Assembly (NCBI GenBank): GCA_038884755.1
Contig: JAWABJ010000001.1
Location: forward strand, 128,001 to 192,000
From: Candidatus Norongarragalinales archaeon
GTDB taxonomy: Archaea; Micrarchaeota; Micrarchaeia; Norongarragalinales; Norongarragalinaceae
DNA: 64,000 nt
Direction of reading: 5' to 3'
Shown here: positions 1 to 10,256 of the stretch, in pieces
Numbering within the stretch: position 1 is the stretch's first letter
Layout: every line of letters begins with the position of its first letter
Program-made: the position numbers and the translations under genes
The notes under the pieces: model-generated
What the model saw: only the letters and a program-made list of their open reading frames with translations
Database searches by the model: none
What the model was told of the DNA's origin: nothing

Positions 1-204
1 ACTAGCGACGAAAAAGGGTTTACCCCGCATGCTTTTGTGGAGCCAACTGAAGATTTCGAACGGCTCTCAGAAAGGCTGGTTTTTCACCTTGGAATTCGTA
101 AAGCCGATTACGAAAAGGCACTGCACCTAATGATTCCCAAAGTTAGGCGAGACCGGACATTTATCACGACCAAGCTGCCAATAGATTTTCGTGAGTTCGA
201 CTGA
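1..204 (+). CDS. 3' end of hypothetical protein (partial)
   Basis: Frame 1 is open from base 1 to TGA at 202-204 (TSDEKGF...FREFD*) and converges on the ppsA stop. Confidence 0.55.
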   Translation, partial: TSDEKGFTPHAFVEPTEDFERLSERLVFHLGIRKADYEKALHLMIPKVRRDRTFITTKLPIDFREFD

Positions 205-2562
205 TCAGCCGTAGTACTTATGTTGCGCTTCGCCTTTGGTTTCCAGGTTCGTGAGTTTTTCGAGCATTATTTTCTTTTCCACGCTCGCGATGATTTTTCG
301 AGCGGTTTCAATCGAATCGGGGTTTACGCTTACGCTCGTTATTCCGTAGCGCACTACGGCTTCGGCAACTTCCGGATAAACGCTTACAGCCTGTCCGCAA
401 AAAGAGGAAGTTACGCCGCGGGCGTTGCATTCGGTAATCACATGCTTCAACGCCCTCAGCACCGCCTCGTGGCGTTCGTCGAATTCCTCTGCAACGATGC
501 CGCTGTCCCTGTCTACGCCCAAAATCAATTGCGTCAAGTCATTCGTGCCGAAACTTATTCCGTCAACGCCCAAGTCGAGGAATTTTTCGATTATCAACAC
601 TGTGGAAGGCACTTCTACCATTATCCAAAGCTTGAAATCGCGGGTTTGGTAAAGCCCCTCCTCCTTCATCAGGTCTTTCACGTGCTTCAATTCGCCCGTG
701 CGCCTCACGAACGGTATCATGAGCCACAGGTTTTTCAGCCCGAATTCTTCGCGCACTTTCTTTATCGCCTGCAGTTCCATCTTGAACACGTCGGGCTCTT
801 TCACGTAGCGGAAGCAACCCCTGTATCCTAGCATCGGGTTTTCTTCCTGAGGCTCGAATTCCGAGCCTCCCTGCAAATTGCGGTATTCGTTAGTCTTGAA
901 GTCTGTTGCCCTGTAAACGACTGGGCGTGGATAGAACGCTTGCGCTACTTTCCTCATGTCTTCCGCCAAACGCTGTATGAACTCCGCCTGCCTTCCTTCC
1001 TTGATTATCTTGCGAGGATGTATTCCAATGTTTGCAATTATGAATTCGGCTCGCATGAGTCCAACGCCGTCGACTTGCTTTTGCGCGATTTTCTCTGCAA
1101 TTTCGACGTTTGCTATATTGCAATACACTTTAGTTCCGGTGATTATTTCTGAAGTTGGGGCAATGGCGTTGTTTTGTTCTTGTGGCGTTCCGCCAAATTC
1201 TACTTTTCCTTCGTAAACCACGCCTCTTTTCGCGTCCACGGTTACAAGCTGCTCGTCGGAGAGCGCGGCAGTGGCCTTGCGTGTTCCAACGACGCAGGGA
1301 ATTCCCAATTCTCGCGATACGATTGCCGCGTGGGCGGTCATTCCACCTTCGTCCGTGATTATTGCAGTCGCTCGTTTCATTGCCGGCACGAAGTCTGGCG
1401 TGGTCATTTTGGTAACGAGAATGTCGCCCTTCTGCACTTTATCCAACTGATTCAAGTTCAAAACGATTTTCACTCTTCCAGTGGCAATGCCAGGCGATGC
1501 CGGCAGGCCTTGAAGCAGGATTTTGCCTGCTTGCGTTGACGCGTTTTGCCGGGATTCAAACGAAGTTTTGTCGTTTTCAGCGCTTTTCTTTAGAGTGGTT
1601 ATAGCGCGGGTTTGGACGATAAAAATGTTTTTTCCTTCGATTGCGAATTCAATGTCCTGCGGGAAGGAATAGTGCTTTTCTATTTCCGCGCACACTCGCG
1701 CGAGGGAAGTGATTTCGGAGTCGGAGAGCTTTTGCATTTCCTGCATTTCCTGCCCCACGGAGGTCCACTCGTCGCCTTTCGGAGTCTTGACTATCATCCT
1801 CTCCTGTTTTTCAACGGTTTTCTCGATTATTTTGAAATTCCTCTTGTCTACGACGTACTTGTCGGGGGTTATGCTTCCGCTTACCACCGCTTCACCCAGC
1901 CCAAAGCCCGCTTCGATGACCATGTTGTTTTCGTTTTGCGAAACGGGGTCGACCGTGAAGGCTATTCCCGATTTTTCCGATTCTATCATTTTCTGCACAA
2001 CGACCGCGATGCCCACGCGCAGGTGGTCGAAGCCCTGCTGCTGGCGGTAGTAAATCGCCCGCGCTTCGAATAAGGACGCCCAGCAGGCTCTGACCGCGTT
2101 GATTATCCGCTCGTTGCCTTTCACGTTCAAGAACGTCGCTTGCTGTCCTGCAAAGGAAGCTTGCGGCAAGTCTTCTGCGGTCGCGCTCGACCGCACGGCG
2201 ACGAAAACTTCTTCGCTTGCCGAGGGAATGAAGCCTTTCGCGTCGCAAAGCTTGTTGTAAGCGTGCGTGATGTCTGCAGCGACGTTGTTGTCGATGCGGG
2301 CGTTGAGAATCGCGGTTTTTATGGCTTGAGACGCCTTTTGCACCGCGCTAGTGTTTTCGTAGTTAAGGCCTTGCGTTTCCCTTTCAATGACTTTCTCCAG
2401 CCCGTTTTTCTTTACGAAGTCGAAGTAGGTTTCGGCGGAAACGATGAACGCGGGTGGGACTGGAAAGCCGGCGTTTGACATTTCGGCGAGGTTGGCGCCC
2501 TTGCCTCCCGCTATGGAAAGCGAAGTTTTGTCGAGTTCGTTGAGCCAATAGGTGGTTTTCAT
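205..2562 (-). CDS. ppsA: phosphoenolpyruvate synthase
   Basis: GGKGANL, VAVRSSATAEDL, GGMTAHAAIVSRE phospho-His motif, ENPMLGYRG. Confidence 0.95.
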   Translation of the reverse strand: MKTTYWLNELDKTSLSIAGGKGANLAEMSNAGFPVPPAFIVSAETYFDFVKKNGLEKVIERETQGLNYENTSAVQKASQAIKTAILNARIDNNVAADITHAYNKLCDAKGFIPSASEEVFVAVRSSATAEDLPQASFAGQQATFLNVKGNERIINAVRACWASLFEARAIYYRQQQGFDHLRVGIAVVVQKMIESEKSGIAFTVDPVSQNENNMVIEAGFGLGEAVVSGSITPDKYVVDKRNFKIIEKTVEKQERMIVKTPKGDEWTSVGQEMQEMQKLSDSEITSLARVCAEIEKHYSFPQDIEFAIEGKNIFIVQTRAITTLKKSAENDKTSFESRQNASTQAGKILLQGLPASPGIATGRVKIVLNLNQLDKVQKGDILVTKMTTPDFVPAMKRATAIITDEGGMTAHAAIVSRELGIPCVVGTRKATAALSDEQLVTVDAKRGVVYEGKVEFGGTPQEQNNAIAPTSEIITGTKVYCNIANVEIAEKIAQKQVDGVGLMRAEFIIANIGIHPRKIIKEGRQAEFIQRLAEDMRKVAQAFYPRPVVYRATDFKTNEYRNLQGGSEFEPQEENPMLGYRGCFRYVKEPDVFKMELQAIKKVREEFGLKNLWLMIPFVRRTGELKHVKDLMKEEGLYQTRDFKLWIMVEVPSTVLIIEKFLDLGVDGISFGTNDLTQLILGVDRDSGIVAEEFDERHEAVLRALKHVITECNARGVTSSFCGQAVSVYPEVAEAVVRYGITSVSVNPDSIETARKIIASVEKKIMLEKLTNLETKGEAQHKYYG

Positions 2563-2658
2563 TCCAAAGCTTTATCAGGAAAAAACAATATTTAAAGAGT
2601 GGTTAGCGCGTAAGGCTGGCGCTGTGGGGGGGGTTTGAGGTTTTTGCGGAGAACGAGC

Positions 2659-3330
2659 TCACTTGCCTTTGGCAGGCTTTTCTTCTTTTGCCGTTTCTTC
2701 GGCAGGCGCTGCGGTTGCTTCGGAGGCTGCGGCTTCTGACGCGGGCTTTTCTTCCTCTATTTCCTTCTTCGCGAAAACTACTTCCCTCTTCGCGAGGTTG
2801 GCCGCATCGTGAGAAATGTCTTTGATTTTCAGCAGCGTTTTTCCGGGCATCTTGATTGCCGCCCGCCTGAGGGCTTCCTTCAGGGTAGGCAAGTCTTTTG
2901 CGTAAATGCGCATGCGCATTACGGGCTTTCCGCCTTCGACTTGCGCCAGGCGCCCTTTGGGCCTTCCGAAAGCGCGTTTCATTCCCTTGCTGATTCTGTC
3001 CGCGCCTGCAACGCCCAACGCGCTGTGCTCGCGGAGTATCAAGTGCGGGTAGGGAACGACTTGCATGAAGTAATTGCCGGGAATGATTTTTTCCAGGTAT
3101 TTGTTGGCCGATTGTCTTGCCGCTTCGAGCGCATTGTCGCGGATTCTCACTCCGTGCTCTTCCACGATTTCGACCTCGAGCTCGTAAGGCTTGTCCACGC
3201 CCATGAGGTATTGCCTCACTTTCGGTTGAGGCGCGCCTTTCACGAAGCTTTTCCTGGGTTTTTTGCGCGAAGTGCGGGCCCAAGGCTGGCCTCTGATGTC
3301 GCGCGAGGTTTTTGCGGGCCTGATTCCCAT
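2659..3330 (-). CDS. rpl10e: ribosomal protein uL16 (L10e) with acidic/Ala-rich tail
   Basis: IRDNALEAAR, GADRISKGMKRAFGRP; ATG 3330 chosen because a GGTG RBS precedes it. Confidence 0.93.
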   Translation of the reverse strand: MGIRPAKTSRDIRGQPWARTSRKKPRKSFVKGAPQPKVRQYLMGVDKPYELEVEIVEEHGVRIRDNALEAARQSANKYLEKIIPGNYFMQVVPYPHLILREHSALGVAGADRISKGMKRAFGRPKGRLAQVEGGKPVMRMRIYAKDLPTLKEALRRAAIKMPGKTLLKIKDISHDAANLAKREVVFAKKEIEEEKPASEAAASEATAAPAEETAKEEKPAKGK

Positions 3331-3478
3331 ATTTCCTAAGCACCTTTTTGAACGCAATAAACGCTTGAATAGTCCTTCAATCTAAAGAAAAGACTAGATC
3401 GAACGAAAGGAATATGAAAAAAGGCTTTAAAAAAGCTTTTGCAACGGCGTTTTTTAATTTGCCGCGCTTAATGTCAGC

Positions 3479-4081
3479 ATGGCCGATTTCACCGCGCAGC
3501 TGATAAACGCCTTCATCACCCTGTTCGTCATAATAGATCCTTTCACGAGCACGCCCGTATTCTATTCAATGACGCGGAAAAAATCGGCGGAGGAAAAGCT
3601 TGAAGCGGCGAAGACCGCGACTTTGGTCGCGGCTAGCGCGCTGTTCGTTTTCATGGTAGCCGGCCCGTTTCTCTTCGGACTGCTGGGCATAAACATCAAC
3701 CACTTTCGCATCGCGGGCGGAATAATCCTTTTCATCATCGGCTTGGAGTACGTGCTGAAAATCACGCTGCCGCGAGAAAAGCAAGAATCGCACGTTAATC
3801 TTGAGGTGGTGGTCATAGGCGTGCCTTTGATTACCGGGCCAGGAGCTTTGACCGTTTCCGTAATCTTGGTTAATACCGTGGGATTGGAAATTACTGCTTT
3901 GGCTGCAGCACTGGTAATGGTTTGCACTTTCTTCATTCTCCTGCTCGCGCCCAGGATAATGGCTTTGCTGGGCGAGACGGGAAGCGAAGTTTTCTCGAGA
4001 ATAATGGGATTGCTTTTGGCTAGCATTGCAGTGAACATGGTTTTGACCGGGCTTGCGGCAGCCAGAAGCGCGGTCGGCTGA
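3479..4081 (+). CDS. MarC family membrane protein
   Basis: LFVIIDP, FRIAGGIILF, PLITGPG, RIMGLLLA. Confidence 0.9.
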   Translation: MADFTAQLINAFITLFVIIDPFTSTPVFYSMTRKKSAEEKLEAAKTATLVAASALFVFMVAGPFLFGLLGININHFRIAGGIILFIIGLEYVLKITLPREKQESHVNLEVVVIGVPLITGPGALTVSVILVNTVGLEITALAAALVMVCTFFILLLAPRIMALLGETGSEVFSRIMGLLLASIAVNMVLTGLAAARSAVG

Positions 4082-4095
4082 GGCGTTTTGGAAGA

Positions 4096-4698
4096 ATGGT
4101 TTCCCTTTCCGAAATCGAAGGCTTTTTTTTTGAGATATTAAAGCCAGTGGTGGTCGCCTACGGGGGAGTGGGCATTGCTTTCGCCATGTTTTTAGAGTCT
4201 TCAATCCTGCCCGTGCCTTCGGAATTGATTTTGATTACTGCAGGCTTGTTTTTCGACCCGATTACGGTTGCTTTTTGGGGAACCATAGGTTCGACGCTCG
4301 GCGCGATGGTCGGATACTATATAGGCTTCAAGGGCGGAAGGCCTGTTGTCGACAAGCTGGGGGCTTACCTTTTCATGACTCCCGAGCGTGTCATGAAAAT
4401 GGAGCGGAAGTTCGGAGAGTGGGGTTCGCACGCAGTGCTCATAGGGCGCTTGTTTCCGTTCGTCCCTTTCAAGGTTTTCTCGATAACGAGCGGAATACTG
4501 CGCTTCAATTTCGAAAACTTCGTCGTAATGACTTTCATCGGCACGCTGCCGCGGGCTTTTCTTTTAGCGTGGCTTGGGAACGCCTTGCTTCAATACCGTT
4601 CGCAATTCTGGATTGCGGCGGCAACCCTAGTTTTGCTGGCGGCGGTAGCGTATTTCGTGAAGAAAGCGGTCGAAAAACGCGGTGCCAGCAAGCATTAA
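4096..4698 (+). CDS. DedA/VTT family membrane protein
   Basis: LESSILPVPSE, GSTLGAMVGYYIG, GRLFPFVP. Confidence 0.9.
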   Translation: MVSLSEIEGFFFEILKPVVVAYGGVGIAFAMFLESSILPVPSELILITAGLFFDPITVAFWGTIGSTLGAMVGYYIGFKGGRPVVDKLGAYLFMTPERVMKMERKFGEWGSHAVLIGRLFPFVPFKVFSITSGILRFNFENFVVMTFIGTLPRAFLLAWLGNALLQYRSQFWIAAATLVLLAAVAYFVKKAVEKRGASKH

Positions 4699-4803
4699 AA
4701 ACCCAGTCCGACCAAAAGTTTATCTCTGGTTTTAACAACGCCAGTTCATGTCGGATTCGTTCTGCGCTTTTCGCAGAACCCCGGAAAACAGGTGAGAAAA
4801 AAT

Positions 4804-5211
4804 ATGGGTGCTTTCAAGTACATCAAAGCAAGCTTTGAAAAAGCTTTTAAAACTCGTTCGGAAGCGTACAAAAAACGCCTGCAGGCTTGGAGGAAGCAGT
4901 CTTCCGTAGAGCGAGTTGAAAAACCCACCAATCCCGTGCGGGCTAGGGAATTGGGCTACAAGGCTTCGAAAGACTTCATCGTGGTGCGCGTTCGCACTCG
5001 CAGGGGCAAGTTCAAGCGCCCGAGACCGGATTTGGGAAGAAAGCCGGCGAAAAACCGCCTTCGTGAAAATCCCGGAAAGCCATGGGGCTGGAGTGCAGAG
5101 CAAAAGGCGCAACGCTTTTACCCGAACATGCGAGTGGTGAACAGCTATTGGGTGGGGGAAGACGGTGTCGCCCAGTATTTCGAAGTTATAATGAAAAACC
5201 GCTTCGCTTGA
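4804..5211 (+). CDS. rpl15e: ribosomal protein eL15 (C-terminally short, 135 aa)
   Basis: MGAFKYI, KPTNPVRARELGYKA, VVNSYWVGEDG. Confidence 0.9.
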   Translation: MGAFKYIKASFEKAFKTRSEAYKKRLQAWRKQSSVERVEKPTNPVRARELGYKASKDFIVVRVRTRRGKFKRPRPDLGRKPAKNRLRENPGKPWGWSAEQKAQRFYPNMRVVNSYWVGEDGVAQYFEVIMKNRFA

Positions 5212-5256
5212 GCACAGCGTCGAGCTTTTTATTTTCTTTTTCTTAATGCTTTAGCC

Positions 5257-6156
5257 ATGGCTTCGATAGTGATAGGCTGTTCGCAGGGCAGGGTTTTGGG
5301 AAAGCTGCTTGCGAAAAGACTGAAAATCCCGTATTTCGACCTCTCTACTGAAAAGTTTCCGGACGGCGAAACGAGGATACGCTTTCGGCAAAAGCTTTCG
5401 GGAAAAAAAGTCTTGCTGGTGCAGTCGATGTACCCTTTTCCCAACGATTCGCTCGTGGAGCTTTTGCTTGCAACCGAAACAGCCCGGGAGTTGGGTGCGA
5501 AGCACGTTTTCGCCGTGGTTCCTTATTTTGCCTACGCCCGGCAGGACACGCGTTTTAACGACGGCGAGTGTGTGAGCAACAAAATCGTTGCGAGGATGGT
5601 TGAAGATGCCGGGGCGGACGCGTTCATTACCGTAGCAACGCACTTGCACCGAATTTCCTCGCTTCGCGATATTTTCACGCGCATCCATTCGCAAAACGTT
5701 CTGCTGGGAAAGGAAATTGCGGACTATGCAATTGCGCGCAAGCTCAAGCCTTCGCTCGTAGTTGGCCCGGACTGGGAGTCGAAGCCTTTGGTGAGGGAAG
5801 TGGCGTTGCGCTTGCACTGCCCTTCGTACGTTTTCCGGAAGCAGAGGCTCAGCGGAAGGAAAGTGAAAAGTTTTCTCACGCCAGGGTTGGATTGCAGGGG
5901 GAAACGCGTTTTGCTTGTCGACGACATCGCTTCAACCGGCAACACGCTGGTTTCGGTCGCGAAAATACTCAAAAAAAACGGCGCGAAGAGCGTGGATTGC
6001 GCGGTAGCGCATTTGCTTGACGAAAAGGGCGGGAAAAGCGTGTTGCGCAAGGGCGTTGATTCGCTCGCAAGCTCGAATTCGGTTTCAAGCGCGTTTTCTA
6101 AGATAGACTGTTCGCAGGCGCTGGCGCACGCCGTGGCGCGCACTGACAGGTTTTAA
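5257..6156 (+). CDS. prs: ribose-phosphate pyrophosphokinase
   Basis: KFPDGE, PYFAYARQD, LLVDDIASTGNT. Confidence 0.92.
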   Translation: MASIVIGCSQGRVLGKLLAKRLKIPYFDLSTEKFPDGETRIRFRQKLSGKKVLLVQSMYPFPNDSLVELLLATETARELGAKHVFAVVPYFAYARQDTRFNDGECVSNKIVARMVEDAGADAFITVATHLHRISSLRDIFTRIHSQNVLLGKEIADYAIARKLKPSLVVGPDWESKPLVREVALRLHCPSYVFRKQRLSGRKVKSFLTPGLDCRGKRVLLVDDIASTGNTLVSVAKILKKNGAKSVDCAVAHLLDEKGGKSVLRKGVDSLASSNSVSSAFSKIDCSQALAHAVARTDRF

Positions 6157-6205
6157 TTCGCAGCGGCGTTTATTTTTCTTGCAAATCGCTCTGCGGTGCG
6201 TAAGC

Positions 6206-6682
6206 ATGGTTGCAACATTCAAGGGAAAAATCGCGGGAAGGTTTTACGCGGAATTCTACTTTTACCTGGCGGTTTTCGTCGCGTCGCTGTATCTTGCTGT
6301 GCAGCCTGGCGGAAGCCCGTGGGTGGTGCTGCTTGCCGTGGTTTCGACCGTGTTTTTCCTTGAAATGCTTTTCCTCATGAACAAAAACCTTTTGAAGGCG
6401 GGAAAGGCGTTCGTGAAAGTGGACGCGCGTTCGATAACCGTTTCCGACGACGAGGGCGCGAAGACCATCGCGTGGAAGGACGTGGACGGGGTAATGATAG
6501 CGTGGTTCAGCAGGGACAAGTGGCTCGAGTGGGTTTTCGGCCTCGACCCTTCCATTCTCATTAAAACCAGGCGTGATTCGAAAGGCGAGGCGGAACTAGG
6601 AATCGCGCCGGACTTTTTCCGCACGCAGGAAATACTCGTTGAAATGCAGAAGCTTTATCCAAAGAAAGTCTATTTCGCTTGA
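6206..6682 (+). CDS. hypothetical membrane protein (2 TM plus soluble domain)
   Basis: ORF fills the intergenic gap; two hydrophobic segments. Confidence 0.65.
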   Translation: MVATFKGKIAGRFYAEFYFYLAVFVASLYLAVQPGGSPWVVLLAVVSTVFFLEMLFLMNKNLLKAGKAFVKVDARSITVSDDEGAKTIAWKDVDGVMIAWFSRDKWLEWVFGLDPSILIKTRRDSKGEAELGIAPDFFRTQEILVEMQKLYPKKVYFA

Positions 6683-6707
6683 ACTTTGCAGAGAGGGGGA
6701 ATGGCGG

Positions 6708-7280
6708 TTGAAAAAAATAATTTTCGTCACCACCAACAAGGGCAAGGCGGACGAAGTGTGCAAGATAATGCGCGGCTTCAAGGTTTCAGTAAAAAGCTTG
6801 AGCTTGCGCGAAGATTACTCGCTGCCGCACGAAAAGCTTGTGACGGCGAAGGCGAGGCACGCGTTCGAACTGTTGGGGAAGCCGCTCGTGGTTGAAGACA
6901 CAATTTTGCTCGTAGACGGGTTCAAGGGCTACCCCGGACTGAAGACCAAGGACGAGTACCAACGCTTGGGGCTTGAGGGTTTCTTGAAAAAATGCGGTGG
7001 ACGGAATGCCGTTTTCCGCACTTTAGCCGCGTTTTTCGACGGGCGTGCCGTGAAGTTGTTCGAAGGAAATTGCGAAGGCAGAATTTCGAAAGCACCGGGC
7101 GTGGTCCGCGCCGGCGTGAACCCCCACTTGCCTTTCCTGAGGGTTTTTATTCCCGACGGGTTTGAAGTGCCGGTTTCAGAGTTTTCGAAGAAAAATTTCG
7201 AAAAGTTCATGTTCGAGAGAAACCATCGTGCGAAAGCGTTCAAAAAACTTGCAAAATGGCTTTCGGCTAAACTCCATTGA
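6708..7280 (+). CDS. non-canonical purine NTP pyrophosphatase (HAM1/RdgB family)
   Basis: FVTTNKGK, VVEDT..L.VDGFKGYPG, C-terminal NHRAKA; TTG start is inferred. Confidence 0.85.
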   Translation: MKKIIFVTTNKGKADEVCKIMRGFKVSVKSLSLREDYSLPHEKLVTAKARHAFELLGKPLVVEDTILLVDGFKGYPGLKTKDEYQRLGLEGFLKKCGGRNAVFRTLAAFFDGRAVKLFEGNCEGRISKAPGVVRAGVNPHLPFLRVFIPDGFEVPVSEFSKKNFEKFMFERNHRAKAFKKLAKWLSAKLH

Positions 7281-7713
7281 CCTCTTCGGAAAGGTTTTTG
7301 GCGAACTGGTGGACGTTCGGGACTACTTTCCTGCCGTCTCTCGACATGCTTTCGTGCTGGGTGTTTGAAAGCACTATCCGGTGTTTTATTCTTGCTTTAG
7401 TCAAGGCTTTGACGATTGCCGGCAGTTTTTCGTGGAAGCCGTAAATTATGACGTTCGAATCGCCAGCCAGCCGTATGATGTTTTGAATGTCCCTGTCCGA
7501 AGCCGATTCCCTCCATTCGAACTTTTCAATGCCCCTGGGAAAGTGCCTTCTGTCGGCACTCGCATAGTGCCTTTCAAGCTCTTTCGCAAAGTGTTCCCCG
7601 TTGGGCGTTGAGAGTTTGGTCAGGTCTACAATCAGGCACCGTTTTTCCTTCAAACGGTGCAAGGTGTTCTTGCCGAAGAGAGATATTTCCACGGTATGAG
7701 GAAGTTCTTTCAC
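7267..7713 (-). CDS. hypothetical protein
   Basis: Part of ORF 7267-7881; GTG 7713 chosen to avoid overlap with the Pop5-like gene. Confidence 0.5.
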   Translation of the reverse strand: MKELPHTVEISLFGKNTLHRLKEKRCLIVDLTKLSTPNGEHFAKELERHYASADRRHFPRGIEKFEWRESASDRDIQNIIRLAGDSNVIIYGFHEKLPAIVKALTKARIKHRIVLSNTQHESMSRDGRKVVPNVHQFAKNLSEEVNGV

Positions 7714-7770
7714 CCAATCACTCGAATTAAATTGCCTGAAACCGTTAATAAGATTATTGAGGGTTTGGGC

Positions 7771-8034
7771 ATGCGTTTCAAAAAGCGGTTTGTTTTTGTT
7801 CGCATCAAGGGAGGGCTTTCGCTTGCCCAGGCGCGCAGGCTTTTCGGTCCGCCGCTCAAGCACTTTGACGAAAGTAGGCAAGAGGCGGTTTTGAAGTGCA
7901 AGCCGGGGGAGCTTGCGGAAGTGAAAAAGGCTTTTTCGAAAGCGGTTGTTTTCGAGGGAAACAAGGTTGTGCTGCGGGTTCGCCGGGTTTCCGCCTCGTT
8001 CTCGCTCCGCGCTTACGCCAAGGAAACGGTTTAA
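7771..8034 (+). CDS. RNase P protein Pop5/Rpp14-like (short, divergent)
   Basis: MRFKKRFVFVRI N-terminus, VLRVRRVSAS C-terminus, conserved position directly upstream of psmA. Confidence 0.6.
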   Translation: MRFKKRFVFVRIKGGLSLAQARRLFGPPLKHFDESRQEAVLKCKPGELAEVKKAFSKAVVFEGNKVVLRVRRVSASFSLRAYAKETV

Positions 8035-8192
8035 AAGCGCTTTTAGCCATAAGTATTTTGTAAAGGGAAAAACGAAAACGAGTTTTTGAGGCCTGCGTGC
8101 TTCACTCTTTTTCAGGTGGTTTTTTTAGGCTTTCACGCCTAATGAGTTGAGAGCAATTTGAAAAAAGGCAATAGTTTAGAGGTGGTTTGATT

Positions 8193-8903
8193 ATGTATCC
8201 TCCTAGCCAGTCTGCTTACGACCGCGCGATTACGGTGTTTTCGCCGGATGGAAGGCTGTTTCAAGTGGAGTACGCCCGCGAGGCCGTGAAAACGGGTGCT
8301 ACGAGCATAGGGATGGTATGCAAGGACGCCGTCATTCTCGTCGCGCAAAAAAGGCTTTCGTCTTCGCTTGTAGTGGGAGGAAGCCACGAGAAGATATTCC
8401 AGATTGACTCGCACATTGCCGCCGCTTCTTCGGGCTTGGTGGCAGATGCGCGCAAGCTCGTGGACATGTCGCGCTTGGAAGCGCAGAAGCACAGGCTTAC
8501 CTACGACGAGGCGATTAGCGTCGAAATGCTTTCCAAGAAAATCGGCGACCACATTCAGGCTTACACCCAGTACGGTGGGGTGAGGCCTTACGGCGTTTCG
8601 CTTTTGATTGCTGGCGTTGACGGGACCATGCGGCTGTTTGAAACAGACCCCAGCGGGGCGCTCTTCGAGTACAAGGCGACGGCGATTGGAAGCGGAAAGA
8701 AGGCGGTAGAGGAAATGTTCGAGAAAGAGTACAACGAGCAAATGGGTTTGGACGAGGGGCTGAAGCTTTGCGTCAAGGCGCTCAAGAAAGTGTCGGACGG
8801 AAAGCTTGCGGCGGACGTTGTCGACGTTGCAATCATACGCAAGTCTTCGCAGAAGGTGGAGTTTTTGCAGCAGGACAAGGTGGCTGCCCTCCTGAAAGCG
8901 TGA
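8193..8903 (+). CDS. psmA: proteasome alpha subunit
   Basis: YDRAITVFSPDGRLFQVEYA signature. Confidence 0.97.
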   Translation: MYPPSQSAYDRAITVFSPDGRLFQVEYAREAVKTGATSIGMVCKDAVILVAQKRLSSSLVVGGSHEKIFQIDSHIAAASSGLVADARKLVDMSRLEAQKHRLTYDEAISVEMLSKKIGDHIQAYTQYGGVRPYGVSLLIAGVDGTMRLFETDPSGALFEYKATAIGSGKKAVEEMFEKEYNEQMGLDEGLKLCVKALKKVSDGKLAADVVDVAIIRKSSQKVEFLQQDKVAALLKA

Positions 8904-8918
8904 GGGGGAGAACGCTCG

Positions 8919-9611
8919 ATGGCCGGAATTGAAAACACGATTATCGCGCGCTTGGAGAAAGGCGGGGAGAAGTTCGAGATTCTCGTCGACCCCAAGCTCG
9001 GTTATGATTTCAAGACTGGCGTGCGCAAGGACTTGGCTAACGTGCTGATGGCCGAAGAGGTTTTCAAGGACGCGAACAAGGGCGAAAGGCAAACCGCGAC
9101 TGCTTTGAAAAAAGCGTTCGGCACCGAAAACATCCAGGACATAGCGAAAATAATTTTCAAAGAAGGCGAATTGCAGCTTACCACCGACCAACGGCGCAAG
9201 CTGTTGGAGGAAAAAAAGGCGAAAGTCATCGCTCTGATAGCGCGCAATGCGATAGACCCGCGCGCCAAAACCCCTATTCCGTCTCAGCGCATTGAAAATG
9301 CGCTGGAACAGGCGAGGTTCGGGTTCGACGCGTTCAAAAACGCTGAGGAACAGATGATGGACGCGGTGGAAGCAATACGCGAGATAATCCCCATTTCCAT
9401 AGAAAAAATCAAGATTGCGGTCAAGATTCCCGCGGAGCACTCGGCAAGGGCGTACGGCGCGCTGAAGGAGTACGGCTTGCAGAAGGAAGAGTGGACTTCG
9501 CAAGGGGACTTGGTTTGCGTGTGCGAAATTCCCGCCGGAATGCAGGGGGAGTTTTACGACAGGCTGAACAAGCTGACTGCAGGGACCGTGCAGACGAAGC
9601 AGATGAATTGA
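8919..9611 (+). CDS. ribosome maturation factor SBDS/Sdo1
   Basis: GEKFEILVDP, GELQLTTDQRR, EIPAGMQGEF; synteny. Confidence 0.95.
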   Translation: MAGIENTIIARLEKGGEKFEILVDPKLGYDFKTGVRKDLANVLMAEEVFKDANKGERQTATALKKAFGTENIQDIAKIIFKEGELQLTTDQRRKLLEEKKAKVIALIARNAIDPRAKTPIPSQRIENALEQARFGFDAFKNAEEQMMDAVEAIREIIPISIEKIKIAVKIPAEHSARAYGALKEYGLQKEEWTSQGDLVCVCEIPAGMQGEFYDRLNKLTAGTVQTKQMN

Positions 9612-9635
9612 TTTTGAAAAAAAGGGTGTGTTGTT

Positions 9636-10235
9636 TTGAAGAATTTGGTTGTGCCGGGAGAAATCGTTTCGGAAAATGCGTACCGGGGAGAGGGTGTTTT
9701 CGTGGAAAACGGAAAAACCTTTTCAGCGGTTATGGGCGTGGTTGAAAGCGAAAGGCTCATCCCCCTGAAAGGCCCGTACTTTCCCAAGCGCGGGGATTAC
9801 GTGATAGGAATAGTGAAGGAAGAAGGTTTTTACGGCTGGATGGCAGATTTGCATAGCCCGTTCGAAGGAAAAATCTCGGCGAGAGAAACCCGCGAGAAAT
9901 TCCGCATAGGCGACGTGGTTTCCGCGAAGATTTTTGACGTGGACGAAGTGGGCGAGGCCCTGCTGTCTGAAGCAAGGCGACTTTGGGGTGGCGAGGTTTT
10001 GGAAGTCGAGCCCACGAAGATTCCGCGCGTAATCGGAAAGAACGGCTCGATGATTTCCTTGATAAAACAGCATTCCAACTGCGACGCGTTCGTAGGGCAG
10101 AACGGAAGGATTTACCTGAAAGGGGGAAACACGGCGTTGGCGGTAATGGCGATTTTGAAGATCTGCCGCGAAGCCCACGTTTCGGGCTTGACCGACAGGA
10201 TTTCCGCGTTCCTCGCGAAAGGCGGGAAGGAGTAG
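9636..10235 (+). CDS. rrp4: exosome RNA-binding subunit Rrp4
   Basis: VVPGE, S1 domain, KH motif PRVIGKNGSM, VGQNGRI. Confidence 0.92.
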   Translation: MKNLVVPGEIVSENAYRGEGVFVENGKTFSAVMGVVESERLIPLKGPYFPKRGDYVIGIVKEEGFYGWMADLHSPFEGKISARETREKFRIGDVVSAKIFDVDEVGEALLSEARRLWGGEVLEVEPTKIPRVIGKNGSMISLIKQHSNCDAFVGQNGRIYLKGGNTALAVMAILKICREAHVSGLTDRISAFLAKGGKE

Positions 10236-10256
10236 TTTGCTTTTTAACTGTAAAAA

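Noticed and set aside
7714..7881. N-terminal extension of ORF 7267-7881
   Set aside because: It overlaps the syntenically supported Pop5-like gene; a later GTG start is more plausible.
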